NCBI GenBank assembly: GCA_002269645.1
Contig: NIVC01002861.1
Span: forward strand, 22,765 to 78,934
Reading direction: 5' to 3'
From: Macrostomum lignano
Lineage: Eukaryota
Length of the DNA stretch: 56,170 nt
Shown: positions 24,170-36,895 of the stretch, in pieces
Position numbering within the stretch: position 1 is the first letter of the stretch
How the letters are laid out: every line of letters starts with the position of its first letter
Notes under the pieces: generated by a model
What the model was told of the DNA's origin: nothing
The model's database searches: none
What the model saw: only the letters and a program-made list of their open reading frames with translations
Translations under genes and position numbers: made by a program

Positions 24170-24400
24170 AAGAATATATATATATATATATATATACTGT
24201 TATACTGTTAATACAGGTATAAATATACTACTCGTGTATTAACAGATTCATATAATATATACCTGCATTCTTGTATTATATATATATTTATACCTGCTGC
24301 AGCTACCTGGATATATATTATATATATATCCACATATATATAATAATGTGTATATGTGTATATATATATAATAACAGACGGTACATATAAAATACCATAT
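24170..24400. repeat. (TA)n-rich low-complexity tract
   Basis: Runs of TATATA interspersed with short variants. Confidence 0.8.
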
Positions 24401-25169
24401 GTATTCTTCATTGCTACTGAACTGAAAGTAGAAAGCAGTTTTACTAAGTATATGTGCCTGAGTGGCCCATCTAGTTATTCTAGCTAGTATCTGTGGTTTT
24501 GATATACGAATATATTACATGTATAGCTATACTGCAAAGCCTTCAAAATGTACGACTGCAAATGACGCAATGCACAAGTTATTATGAAATATCCAAAAAG
24601 TAGTTTTCTTTTCTATTTAACGCACAATAAATCCTTTTTATCGCTAAGATGTGAGCAAAAATAATGCAGAAAATTTGCTCAGATTATTTCCGCTGGTATA
24701 AAAACGATACGCTTTATTGTAAGCGCGATATGTTTAATCGGGATGTTGCCACGAGCCTTCAGATGCGAATTAGGCCCTAGTTGTAATGATCCTTCAATTA
24801 ACTAAATAAGTGAGGACTCATTAAATCGAAAATTCACAATAGTGTAGAAATAATGGACAAAAAGATTGTTGCTATCCGTCACATTTGTTGAAATTAAGAG
24901 GATCGTTTAGGTCTGTGATTTGAATCCGGCCGGTATACTAATTATTAACCCATAAGATTAATGACCGGATTTTCAGTTCCACGTTCAGTTCCACGAAACT
25001 AAATCAACAAAAAATCAAATGCATACTGCAGCAAGGAAAATATTTTTAAAATTAAACTAAAAGCATTTTGCAATGTAACATCTGAGTAGACTTTACGCCA
25101 AAAATATCTTTTCAATTGAACATCGGTGAGCTTCATAGCACAGCCCGAATGCTGAAATGGAGAGATTTC

Positions 25170-25470
25170 TTCGTGCTTTTTTATCTGTTGTGGAGACGCA
25201 TCGTTCGCCACAGCGGCAAAAAACACCTGGGCTTGTTTGGCAACGCTGGCGACCTCAGCCTCTTTTTCTCGTCTGTTGAAAGCACAGCAAGAGGTGGACT
25301 CAAGCGTTGTCAGCATATTGAAGACCGAGATGCTGACTGTGTCTGCTGACGTATCCAGCGGACCTGACATGCCACGGCGCAGACGCACGCTGTCAGCAGT
25401 GGTTCATCACACCAGCGGTCTGGTGCTCCATGTGGAGAGGAAAACCTTTCATATGAGGGGCCAGGCCCGA
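25170..25470 (+). pseudogene. Diverged fragment of the same RTE-like LINE RT region as 26040..27150
   Basis: VVSILKTEMLTVSAD..GLVLHVE parallels LVVNTLKTEVLTVPAD..GLVPHVD at 26430..26580. Confidence 0.6.
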
Positions 25471-26039
25471 ACCCATTGATCAATCCAAACTAAATGTACA
25501 TGTATAGCTGTTCTACGTGTTCTTTATACACTACATGTACTTTTTGCAATCTGAACCGTATGTCATCACAGCCTTAAAAGGACCCCCTGATAAAAATCTG
25601 TCAGTATGATCCCGAAGTTCCCGATTTGTGCCCAAGCAGATTCCTTTTAGCTATTCGGCTGCATGCTGCTCCCCGCTAGCTCCAACCCTTGATACCCATC
25701 CCAGGCGGGGCTCCGGCCTCGCCAGGTCTGGTCATACCGTAGATCCAGGTTCGCCAGGTCACAGAGTGGTGGCAGCCAGTGGGTCATGCAATAACCCGAT
25801 GATCAATATTTGCACCTTAGCTATCGATGGGGCACATTTGGGTCCTTACCCCGTCTCTAATATAGCACTACCAAAAAGTTATCAATAATGCATGGGCGGG
25901 ACAACCTGAAGGCGATCTGTCGGTCATAGTCTGGTCATAGATGGCTGGCAGCCATCCATATAGTCATACAATCTGATCCTTCCCCCATGAGAAGTCGGTT
26001 CACTAGTAGGGCGATTACATACATGTAAACCATAATCAG

Positions 26040-27150
26040 TTCGACACTTCATCAGGAGTTCTGCAGGGCGACACTTTGGCGCCGTTTCTCTTCGTGCTGC
26101 TGCCACTGGGTGCTTCGGACCGCAGTCTCCTCGGCTAACGACGGCTTCCTGCGCTGCGCAGACGCATCGGTCGCCGCCACGGCGAAAAGCGCCCTATTAA
26201 ATTATTTGCTTGGCTACGCCGACGAACTCGCCCTCCTGTCCTCGTCCGTTAAAGGCGCCAAGGACTACTTAAGAACACAGGACGTTACACTTGCAAATAT
26301 TGGCAGAATTCTAAAAGGCCGCTTTGAATGCATGTGTCTATGGTTTCTTCCTGTGTTCTTAAGTAGTCCTTGAAAGGCGCCCAGCGCAAGACCGACAGGT
26401 TGGTCAAGGTGGCATTGAGCGTCGGACTGGTTGTCAACACGCTGAAGACCGAGGTGCTGACTGTGCCGGCCGACATCCCAGCGGACCTGACATGTCGCCT
26501 CGCAGACGGGCAGATGACCACGCTCGCGCGCACGCTACCAGCGGTTCACCTACTCGGCGGTCTGGTGCCTCACGTGGACGAAGACCTCGATCCGGCGGCG
26601 CCGAGAACTTGCCTGGGCGGCCTTCCGTTCGATCCGGGCCGACGTCCAGTCCGAAGCGCTGCCCGACCGCCAGAGGGCTCGTCGGCTGTGGCAGGCGGTG
26701 TGCTCTACAAAGCGGAGACGTGGACACTGACGGCTACGCTTAGAGCGGCAGCTGGACTCGGCGCACTCAGGGCTGCTCCGTGCGGCCTTTCGAGCTGACG
26801 AGAGCGTCGGGACCGAGGCCCTGTACGATCGGGCCAAGCTGCAGCGCCCGTCCACCATCCTGCGCCGGCGGCGACTTCAACTGGCGGGCCACGTACGTGA
26901 TCCGGGCCGAGGGCTACTACCCCAAACTGTTCAGGACGTCCTGCTGCTCACTCTGCAGGGCCCGCTCAGGCGGGGTCAGGCCCAAACCCGTCGATACGTG
27001 GACTGCCTCCTACGCGATGCCAGGGCGCCCGACACTGCCAACGGGGCGGACTTAGTCCGCTCTCAGGCTCTGCGGCGCGCTATCTGATGCACCCTGCTCT
27101 GTGACTTTGATTGCGGGGCTGCATAATTTATTGCTGTTGTTGTTGTTATG
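26040..27150 (+). mobile_element. 5'-truncated, frameshifted RTE-like non-LTR retrotransposon (RT and C-terminus)
   Basis: GVLQGDTLAPFLF, GYADELALL, GLVVNTLKTEVL, AETWTLT and RRRRLQLAGHVIR are found across frames. It ends in a (TTG)n-like tail near 27135..27147. Confidence 0.8.
26259..26372. mobile_element. 114-bp MITE with perfect 24-bp TIRs and an 8-bp TSD (P-element-like or hAT-like)
   Basis: CAAGGACTACTTAAGAACACAGGA ... TCCTGTGTTCTTAAGTAGTCCTTG, flanked by AAAGGCGC at 26251..26258 and 26373..26380. Removing it restores the LINE frame SVKGAQRKTDRL. Confidence 0.93.
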
Positions 27151-27195
27151 AGCTAACTTTTACAGTGTATATATTTAATTTTTATTCATTTAAGT

Positions 27196-27597
27196 AAAAC
27201 AATTAGTTGAAACAAGTTATTCTTCATATAGTCCCAGGTTTTTTTTCTAGTCTTAAGAGTAACTAAAAACTAAAACAAAGTTCATGCATCTACGCGTAAA
27301 TATTTAATACCATCATTATAAGTGTGACATTTTGACTTATATAATTACACAATTAAAAAATATATATTTAATTCATCACTTTCTTTGAAAATGTAACCTC
27401 AAGAATTAAAATGTAAGCATAAAAGTCATGCTCAAATTTCTTTTTTTGAGCCAAACTGTCACACTATAATGATGTTATTAAATATTTACGCGTAGATGCA
27501 TGAACTTTGTTTTAGTTTTTATTTACTCTTGAGACTAGAAAAAAATTACCTGGGACTATAGCTATATGAAGTATAACTTGTTTCAACTAATTGTTTT
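27196..27597. mobile_element. AT-rich foldback/MITE-like element with ~135-bp inverted arms
   Basis: 27196..27329 is the near reverse complement of 27457..27597 (e.g. GTTCATGCATCTACGCGTAAATATTTAATA / TATTAAATATTTACGCGTAGATGCATGAAC). Confidence 0.85.
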
Positions 27598-27671
27598 GTA
27601 TTATATTGTATTGAAATATAATATAATTATAAATTTATATTGAAGAGAGGGTGTGTAAGAAAACTTTCTTT

Positions 27672-27845
27672 CAGTAGCGCAACCAGAAATTTTTTGAGGG
27701 GGGGGGCGGATTCTGGAGGGTAAAGTCACGGGAGGGGGGCGGAGGGGTGGCTCTGTTTTTTGCGAAAATTCGCTTGGTCCCCTCTTTGATTTTTTTGGGT
27801 CTCCGCCTAAAAGAGGGGGGGGGGGCGAGGGCGGTTCCGCCACTG
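27672..27845. mobile_element. Short G-rich element with CAGTAGCG...CGCCACTG termini; a related fragment lies near 23855..23915
   Basis: Imperfect terminal inverted repeats. The segment CAGAAATTT..GAGGGGG..GCGGATTCTGGAGGGTA is shared with the 23855 region. Confidence 0.55.
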
Positions 27846-28526
27846 CCTTTGCCTTAGTGTATTTTCAAAGGACTTCGAAAGCATGGGTGCTTTTGAATTT
27901 AGTAGTAGTAGTAGTAGTAAATTTGGCTCAGGCTTAAGGAGCCTGTTATGCCAGTATGATCCGATTTATTTATTCAAAAGGTTAAATTTTACACGGTCGC
28001 TGAAAACGAGTACTACACGATATTTGTATTAAGTAAGGTATTTGAAAGGGCGTCAAGAATTTTTTACGGTTTTTTTTAGCCGATTAACGACCAACGACGG
28101 AAGCAGCAAGAATCTAAGCAGGAAAAAATAGAAAATCGATGTTGTATATATATGACCTTAATGCAAAACGATTCTTCTAAAATGCGATTCAGAAAAGGTA
28201 GTTAAATATTATTTTGTCAATATAACAAATATCTAGTATAATTGAGGATTGTTCTCAATAATAGGCGATTTTTGTAAAAAGATATAGTATTTTTAAAAGC
28301 GCGTGATATTTTAAAGCGTGAAAAACAAGCATAAACACACTTCGAACGAACTTAATGTCTATAGCGATTAACGACGAATTAAATAGGAAATTAAAAAGAC
28401 AGTAAATGAATAAACAACTGAAAAGCGGATTTATTACACTGCTGATATATCTGTCTCAATGAATAAACAACTGAAAAGCGGATTTATTACACTGCTGATA
28501 TATCTGTTTCAGTTTGCATAACTGTT

Positions 28527-29056
28527 TTAGCTATTTATGACTTCATATATTTTAGCTACACCAGTGAGCTCTTTTCTGACTCTTTTTTCATTTGTAGCAT
28601 ATCCTATCTTCTGTACTTGCTTGTCATTTAAGAGGTACTGACAGAAGTATTTTTTCTGATCTTTTCAGTTTCTGGACATTCGGTCAAGTAGTGTAGGATA
28701 TCGGAACCATTTCTCGCTCCACACAGTCTATACATGCTTCATGAGAGAAAATGTTGGGTGTAATCTCGCATTTCAGTTTTAGGTCCTAGGAGGGTTGTTA
28801 GGAATTTTTTGTTTCTAAAAGTGCATGGAAAGTAATCTGAAAGGTCGGGCCTGCAGATTTTTTTGTAGAGATAGGCGTTTTTGTAGAGTTTAATATGTTG
28901 CTGATTCTCTAGCTTTTGGCTAAGTTCTCTTTCTCTGTGTATCTTGAGGTGCTTTTTCACTAGGTATTTCTCGTTATTAAAGCTTTGGGAAAGTTTATCT
29001 TCAGTTAGTGCTTTTAAGTCTATACTTCCCAGTTTCTTTAGTACATTCGTTTTCAT
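28527..29056 (-). pseudogene. 3' ORF2 relic of a non-LTR retrotransposon (C-terminal CCHC knuckle)
   Basis: After the stop of ORF 28739..29056 the same frame continues SMYRLCGARNGSDILHYLTECPETEKIR, a degenerate C-x2-C-x9-H-x4-C with the first C as Y. It then frameshifts in an A run. Confidence 0.55.
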
Positions 29057-29961
29057 ATAGATATAGAATCGTTTTCATATCATTCGTTTTCATGTAATAT
29101 AGAATTTCATATACGTGCATAAGTTTTATATGCGCCCTAAAATGACTAATGAAAAAAGTACAATAAAATGTAAAATTTTAAATATTTATTGCAATAACAA
29201 TGCTTTTTATTTAATTTTTAGGTGCAATTGGAGCACAAATGTTTTTACTTTGTTAATACACTAACTATTTAGAGACAATCCGGAGTGAAATAATTTAAAT
29301 TTCGGAACTGAACAGAGAACCAAAGATTTGGCCGGTCATATAAGATTATGACATTGATTTTTGATTGATAATGGGGTCTTTTAGAGTAGTTATACATTAG
29401 GGCCTAACAGATTCTTGAATTGAATTCTATATTTCTAGGAATAATTTTAATTTCCTCTAAATACAACCAAATAAAATGCAACACTTGGCCCTAGGCAAAG
29501 CAAAGGCAAGGCCGAATATTAATATAGCTTAAAGTATAGGGCCCTCCCCCCCCCCCCTAGCTCAAGAAACTTCCCTCACAGTCAAAACACAAGTGGGCCT
29601 AACTTTGTAATGTAATGTTAGACCTTTGACAATAAAGAAGCAGAAATAGGCCTAAAAATATTAAATTATATTGGCAATGAATAATTAATAGATTTAATTA
29701 TAGGCCTAATCAACAAAATTATATAATAATATTAAATAAATAACTATTGTTGCAAATATTAGGCTACTTTTAGGTTGGCCTTTGCACATCAGCACATGGC
29801 CTAAATCCTAATTATAAGTATAAATAGGCTGTAGGATACTTTACTAATAGCCTAGCCCTAGGTCTACTATAGGCCTAATGTAATAGTGGTATTGGTAATA
29901 ATATAGGCAATCATTTACTTTACTGCATTTAATTATTTTTTACTTTTCTTTCTCATTTGAG

Positions 29962-30444
29962 GTGAAAGTGAGGTGGAGGTTGACGAATCTTAAGTTCTTT
30001 CACCGGAACCGGAAGTACCACCAAGGGACTTATCGAGAGGGTCATTGGGTGCTTGGCATAGTAGAGCATAGCACCAACAAGGCCATGATAGTGCCTGTGC
30101 CAAGCTGCGATGCTGCTATGCTGCTACCAATCATCCAGCAGCACATTCTTCCAGGCACTCGGATTATTACTGATGGATGGCAGGCCTACAATGGCTTGCA
30201 GAACCACGATGTCGTGAATCATCGACTCCATTTTGATTTTGCCAACCCTAACAACCCATTGATCCACACAAACACCATTGAGGGGTTGTGGGCCCATGTC
30301 AAGGCAAAGTTCCGGGCGATGCATGGCACTTCCGAAGCTCTGTTTGAAAGCCATCTCAGCGAGTATCTGATCTCTGGCGCCAGCTCTTTGCTAGAAAGGA
30401 GTTTGGCAACTTCTTGTATTGGGTGGCTCATTATTACTGCCTAA
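29962..30444 (+). pseudogene. Merlin/IS1595(ISXO2)-like DDE transposase relic
   Basis: VEVDES (29973..29990, one frame off), WVLGIVE, LLPIIQQHILPGTRIITDGWQAYNGL, VNH and HTNTIEGLWAHVK are hallmark DDE_Tnp_IS1595 motifs. No TIRs were recognised. Confidence 0.88.
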
Positions 30445-31289
30445 TTGACTTACCTGACACTTAAAGACACTTACCTTTTATCCTCCTACCATCTGAAATT
30501 TAAAAAAGAACCATTAAAAAAATTAAACGCAATAAAGTAAAAGATTGCTATAATATAAAATGTAATTATACTCCTTAATTTTTTTGGCCTTATTGGAAAT
30601 AAAGAGAGCTTGCATGCATAGCAGCCATCCACCCAGTGTTTTAATTGCATGCACAGTAGCCAGCAGATTGGCAAATAATGAATTGCAAATTGGACCCTTT
30701 TTTTCAAATCTGCATCTTGCTACTTATTAAACTTTTTAAATAATTTAATACTTGTTTTATCCCATGTTACCCATGTATAGACCTAATGTAATCTCAAGTT
30801 AAGATGCAGCTGTTGTGCAAGCAATTAAAACACTGGATGGATGGCTATAATGCATGCAAGCTCTCTGTTTTAAATCAGTGTTAACCCTATTCATTAAAGC
30901 AAAAATTTAAGTTTAAGTATATAGATAATTGGATCCTTGACATTTAGCTACACAATATTATATTAGGCCTATAGGAATATATTTTCATTGTTTATTAGCT
31001 TTATCTAGGGTTAACTATTTTTATTAGCTTATTTTTTTGAATATAAGCTTTTAAAACCTATAGATTTTGAACCCATTGAATTCTAATCCCTGGAACTATT
31101 TTTGCAATTTTTTAGTTTGAAGTCAAATATGATTTATACTTGAACAAAAATTTAATAATTAGGCCCTAAGATAGAGCCTTAGAGCAAATGGGAGCAAAAT
31201 GGGATAAAATGATATTAAATTGTTTTTTGCTTTAAGGTTTTAAAATTTCTATTGATATTGTCAACTAAGGTAAATATTATACAAAATAG

Positions 31290-31680
31290 GCATAAGCCTG
31301 ACAGCTGACTAAATTTTTTCTTATTTTATCCCTTCTTTTTATTTCATCTCTTTTCTCTAATCTATTTTTTATTCTTTGCTTTTTCTTTGTCATCTTTGTT
31401 TTATATTCTCTTTTCCTTTGTCTTTTCTTTTTTCCAATCTCTTTATTCTTACTCCTATATCTCCTCATTCTTCTTTGTTTTCTTCTTTCTCTTCTCTTCT
31501 TTCTGCTCTTTACTTTTTCCCTTCTCTTTTCCCTTTCCCCTCCCTTTTTTCTTCCTATCTCTACTTTCTTATCTTTTATCTTTCCTATCTACTCTCCCTT
31601 TTTTCTCATATCTCTCATCTTCTATATGTCTTTTTTCTCTACTTTTTTTCTTTCCTTTCTTCTTCTTTCCCCTATTTAGG
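31290..31680. repeat. CT-rich low-complexity tract
   Basis: Almost purely pyrimidine on the + strand. Confidence 0.9.
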
Positions 31681-31901
31681 AAAAATTTCTAAAGTTTAGT
31701 AGCCTAAAAATTTTCTATAGTAAGTTTAAGGTGGTGGAAAATTTGGTGTAATTTGGTTGAGCAGTTTGGAAGTCTAAAGCAAACAAATTTGTATATAGAC
31801 AAACACATATACACATATACAAACAAAGTATGCAAGCATACCAATTGATTTTCTTATTGATATAAATTATAGTTTCTATAGAAAATGATAATAGAAGCTA
31901 T

Positions 31902-33570
31902 TGTAGCGACCTTCGAGAAATTTCTATTCGTACGTTTTCTAGAAAGTTCTGTGTCTGAAGCAATTTCTCATTTACTGCATTTTAATATATTTAATAATTA
32001 ACAAGTATTTGCAGTCTGTGGGTAAAACTAGCGATAAATAACTAGCAGTATTTTCTTAACAACCATTTTGTTATAATGCATTATATATTTCTAGAACTTT
32101 CCGGAAGAGCATCTTAACATTATAAATATACAGCAGCTCAGCTGGAATCTCTTCACGAATCTTTTCTAGATTCCAATAACATTATTCTATAAACCCATTA
32201 ACCAGTTGAACCACCGCCTTGCTCTCGCCTCATTACTGAAAAACCCACTACAACTGGTCCGGTGAGGCACCGAAGCCCCATCAGGGGCAGGACAACAAAC
32301 CAACATGTAAAAATATCGCCTGAACTTTCGCCCGTCATCATCACCGTCAGCACATCGCATGTACCATTGTCAACAACGCCTCACAATCCACTCAGCAATC
32401 ATCCGATTCCGCAGCAACTCCACAGCAATGCAGGACTCCTTCGACAACCAATCAACCACGCCAACACGGGCTAACAAAGGCCTATCGACCGAGCTTCCTG
32501 CACTGATCCAGCATCTCCAAGAGCCTTCAACCGAAGCAGTTCTGACCAACATCACCGGGGAGTCCTCATTTCAAAGGCCTAACACGAGGTCAGCCGACAA
32601 ACCGGTGATCGTCTTGGCCACACCGTCGCATCATATCCGCAGCTTCCGGCCCATCTCATGCGCTCCCTCTGTGCTGCCCAGCCGCAGAGCGACTGCCCGC
32701 CGTCGTCCCCCGCCGTAGTCCAGGGAGTCGTCTGTCTGCAACTTGGCAACTTCCGTAGGTCCCACCAGCCCCAGCGCCATTCCGCCATTCTGGAGCAACG
32801 CAGGAGGACACACGAGTGGACCAGCCGCCATTCCATTCGACACATCTACTGCAAAACGACATCACCACATTCAGCCAGCAATCATCACCACGAAACCATC
32901 AACATCGACATCTGTCTCGTGCGCTTCGCCTGGTACCCTCGGCCGCAGAGCGACAACCCGCCTTTCTCCGGTGCACCTCATCCAGGGTGTCGTCTGTCTG
33001 CATCCGGCAGCACCCAGTTTGGTCCCACGTCCGACAATCCGCCAACCGGGAGCACCAGTCGAGGACACGAGTGGATCGATCGCCATCACACCAGACTCCA
33101 TCGCCGAATCCATTCGAATTGACAGTAACTTATCCTAAGTACTGCATTTCATCGCATATTTTCAAACCATAGATACTGTACTTTTCCATAGGGACTCCGT
33201 CTTCTGCGGGGGGGACTGTTGTAGCGACCTTCGAGAAATTTCTATTCGTACGTTTTCTAGAAAGTTCTGTGTCTGAAGCAATTTCTCATTTACTGCATTT
33301 TAATATATTTAATAATTAACAAGTATTTGCAGTCTGTGGGTAAAACTAGCAATAAATAACGAGCAGTATTTTCTTAACAACCATTTTGTTATAATGCATT
33401 ATATATTTCTAGAACTTTCCGGAAGAGCATCTTAACATTATAAATATACAGCAGCTCAGCTGGAATCTCTTCACGAATCTTTTCTAGATTCCAATAACAT
33501 TATTCTATAAACCCACTAACCAGTTGAACCACCGCCTTGCTCTCGCCTCATTACTGAAAAACCCACTACA
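31902..33570 (+). mobile_element. Non-autonomous LTR element (TRIM/LARD-like), 1669 bp
   Basis: LTRs 31902..32252 and 33220..33570 are 351 bp each, TGTAG...CTACA, with 3 mismatches by eye. TSD CTAT at 31898..31901 and 33571..33574. PBS-like TGGTCCGGTGAGG at 32255 and a G-tract before the 3' LTR. No RT or integrase motif was seen inside. Confidence 0.93.
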
Positions 33571-33914
33571 CTATAATTCCAATAGAGCTATTTTTATTAT
33601 AGATCTAGGCCTATTCATTCAATTTAATATTCTTAATATATAAATTTACAAGCTGTTGAAACCCGCGGATTTTGAACCCGGGGAACTCCATTCCTGGAAT
33701 TATTTTTGTATGTATTCTAAAATCTGAGGTAAAACTCACACAAAAACTTGTTCCCTTGTTAATAGTTAGGATAGAGTTAAACATAAAATAGTACACATTC
33801 ATGTAAAATTAGGATTTGAGGCAAACATTGATATTGTTGGCTGGGGTGCTGCGCAGAATGTCAGGCAAACTCTGGCCTCTACGTACCTCTGCCTTTCCCT
33901 ATGTCCTTTGCATC

Positions 33915-35460
33915 CTTTGAAACTTCCATCTTCTTTTCTGTTTCCTATCTTCTCTCTCGTCTCTTCTCTCTCTCCCCTCTTATCTCTTCTTTCTTCTCTT
34001 CTCTCTCGTCTCCTCTCTCGTCTCTTCCCTCTTCCCTCTATTCTTTTCTCTCTCTTCTCCTCTCTTCGCTCTGATCTCTGGTCTCTCATATCTCCTTTCT
34101 CCTGTTTTATCTTTTCTCATTTCTCTCTGCTCTCTACTCTCTCTTCACTCTGCTCTCTGCTCTCTCTTCCCTCACCTCTCTTCTCACTCCTTACTCTACC
34201 CTCTCTCAACACTTTCCTTATCTCTACTCTCTCCTTTTTCCTCTCTTCTCTCAACTCTTTCCTTTCCTCTGTCCACTCTCTCCTCTCATCTCTCTGCTAT
34301 CTCCTGTCCTATCTCTCTTCTCTCTAATCTCTCCCTTCTTTCCTCTCCTCTCTCGTCCTTTTCACCAATTTCCCCTGTCCTCTCGATTCTCTCCCTTCCC
34401 CTCCTCTCTCCTCACTCACTTCTCATCTCTCCCTTGTCTGCACCTCTTATCTCTTATTTCTTATCTCTCTTCTTTTCTCTCTACTCTTCCATCTCTCGTC
34501 TGTTCTGATCTCTCATCTCCCCTCTCTGTTATGTCATCTTTACTCTCATATGTTCTCTCACCTCTCTCCACTTGTACTCCTCTCTTTCCCCCTTTTTGAC
34601 TCAGAAGGACTCGATCCTTTCAATTCTTTCTTCTTGTCTCTTCACTTCTCTCTTCTATACTCTCTCCCTCTCTTGTCTTCTCTCTTCTTTCTCACTCTCC
34701 TCTCTCCTTTCTTATATCGTCTGTTCACTCTCATCTTCGCTCTCTCATTCCCCTCTCTCTTCTGTCATCTCTACTCTCATCTCTACTGTGTACTCTTCTC
34801 TTTCCCCTCTTCTGACACCCCTCTTTCCTTACTCCTCTCTTCTCTTCCCTCTTCTATACTCTCTCCCCTCTATTCTCTTCTCTCGTCTCTCTGCACTCTG
34901 CTCTCTCTTCCTTCATCTCTCATATCTACTCTCACGATCATCTTTTTTTCATCTCTCTCATCTCCACGATCTCATCTCTTTCCTCTCTCCTCCTTTTCCT
35001 TTACTCTATCATCTCTCCTTTCTCCTCTCTTCTTTCTCAACTCTCTCTCTCTTATCTCTTATATCTTATATATTATCTCATCTTCTCACTCTTCCCTCTC
35101 TCATCTCTTATCTCCTCTTCTCACTCATCTCTCTCCCCTCTATCCCCCTCTTATCTCCTCTCTTCTCTATCCTTTCTAATCTCTCCTCTCGATCCTCTCT
35201 CATCTGCCTCTCTGTTCTCTCATCTCTCATCTCTTCTCACTCTTCTCTACTCTCCTCTCTCATTGATCCTCTGTCTCATCTCTCCCCTCTTCTCTCTCCA
35301 TCTTCTCACCTCTAATTCCATCTCCCTTCTCTCTTCCCTCCTCTCGCTTCTTCCTCCCGACTCCCATATTCTCTGCTCTGCCCTCGACCCCCTCGTCTCT
35401 CCTGATATCTTCTATCTATTCTCTTATCCTCTCTCGCCCCTCCTCCCTTTCTAATAGTCT
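33915..35460. repeat. Long degenerate (CT)n-like polypyrimidine tract
   Basis: About 1.5 kb of TCTC-rich sequence with very few purines. Confidence 0.92.
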
Positions 35461-35647
35461 ATTCCTTTTCCTTTTCACTCTCATCTGGCCCGTATCAGCC
35501 GATCTGCCGATCCCTGCTTCGAAAGCCAGTTTGTGGGACGTAGTATATCATGGTTGTTATCATTTCTCATGCTTTAATCACGTCATCTTTCTGGTCAATT
35601 AGCAGCCCTGAGAGAAATTTGTATATCTCCAGCTCCACCACCACGGA

Positions 35648-35840
35648 TAGCAGATTTCGTCTAGCAGATTTCGGCTCGCAGATTTCGGCTGGCAAACTTC
35701 GGCTAGCAGATTTCGGCTAGCACATTTTGGCTAGCAAACTTCGGCTAGCACATTTCGGCTAGCACATTTCGGCTAGCAAACTTCGGCTAGCAGATTTCGG
35801 CAAGCAAATTTCTCGCTAGCAAACTTCGGCTAGCAGATCT
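35648..35840. repeat. 14-bp tandem repeat TAGCAGATTTCGGC, roughly 13 copies
   Basis: Directly visible; flanked on both sides by CCACCACCAC. Confidence 0.9.
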
Positions 35841-36559
35841 CGTACTCCCACCACCACAGTCTGCAGCAGTCTAACAACCATGGAAATACGCATTTCTTAG
35901 GAAGCCATTTAAATTTTAAAATACCTTATGCGAATCTTAATGTTAAAATTTTCATGGTGTAACTAATTTAGTAGGATTGCATTGTAATCAGTTATTCATT
36001 AATTTTTCGATATTTTTACAAACCATCCCACATCGCCTTGATTTGCCATCCTTGTTTAACTGCTGCAGACTTGTCTATTCAGAGGACAGTGGTTTGAAAT
36101 TCAATCTCGCTAAACTCTCTCCTCTCCACGCCTCTCTCCACGCGCGGGGGTACAGAGAAGGCTATTAAAAAGTTATTCCAAAACACAGTACATTCGCTAT
36201 GTAGATTGAGCCCTATCGCCTGACCCTTCGTCTGGGCTGGGGGAATGAGTGAGTGAGCGGCACAAACAACAGAAAAAGCAGACAAACTTCACATGCTTAC
36301 AGTTTCTGTTCTGATTGAGTTAGAGAGTTGAAACTTTACATTTAGACAGAGAATGAATCAAAGAAGAATTGTGTCAAGTTAGAAGTCAATCGCTTCACGT
36401 GGAGCAAACTTATGGCAGCCGAAAGTTAGTCAATTTTGAAACCCTTTTACACATCTGGGCCCAGATCGGTATCGGGAAAGAGAGGCAAGCGGGCGGAGGT
36501 TGGGGTGGTTGCTACGCTGAAAAAAACAGCCAAACTTTAAAAGTGCACACCGCCGTTCA

Positions 36560-36895
36560 GGATTAACTTTCAGACTCGAAATTTTACATGATTGTGCCAA
36601 AATAGTTGAAAATTGTCTGTGTCAAATTTGAAGAGAATCGGTAGAAGTGGAGCGGCGCTATGGAGGATTTAGTGAAAAAATTGCGCATTTTGAGCAGTTT
36701 TTTGCACTTTTAGGTAGGAAGACTCAAATTTAGGAAATTAAAAGGTAGCCTAAGACATTCTCCGTAGTAAGTTTAGGGTGGGTGTAAAGTTTGGTGTCAT
36801 TTGGTTGAGCGGTTTGGGAGTCCATAGCGATCAAAATTGTCCACACACAGACAGACAGACAGACAGACAGACAGAGTTTTGATTTTTATAGGTAG
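36560..36895 (+). mobile_element. Helentron/HINE(DINE-1)-like non-autonomous element end with a (GACA)n microsatellite; a diverged relative lies at 31700..31830
   Basis: TAGTAAGTTTAGGGTGG..TTTGGTGTCATTTGGTTGAGCGGTTTGGGAGTC..(CAGA)n..TTTTATAG is echoed at 31715..31800. The conserved block plus internal microsatellite architecture is typical of such elements; the class is inferred. Confidence 0.4.

Noticed and set aside
29962-30444. Bacterial IS1595 horizontal transfer or contamination
   Set aside because: Eukaryotic Merlin elements have the same motifs, the flanks are typical host DNA, and no bacterial genes are adjacent.
31277-35454. Leu/Ser/Phe-rich membrane-protein-like ORFs
   Set aside because: They are artefacts of polypyrimidine tracts.
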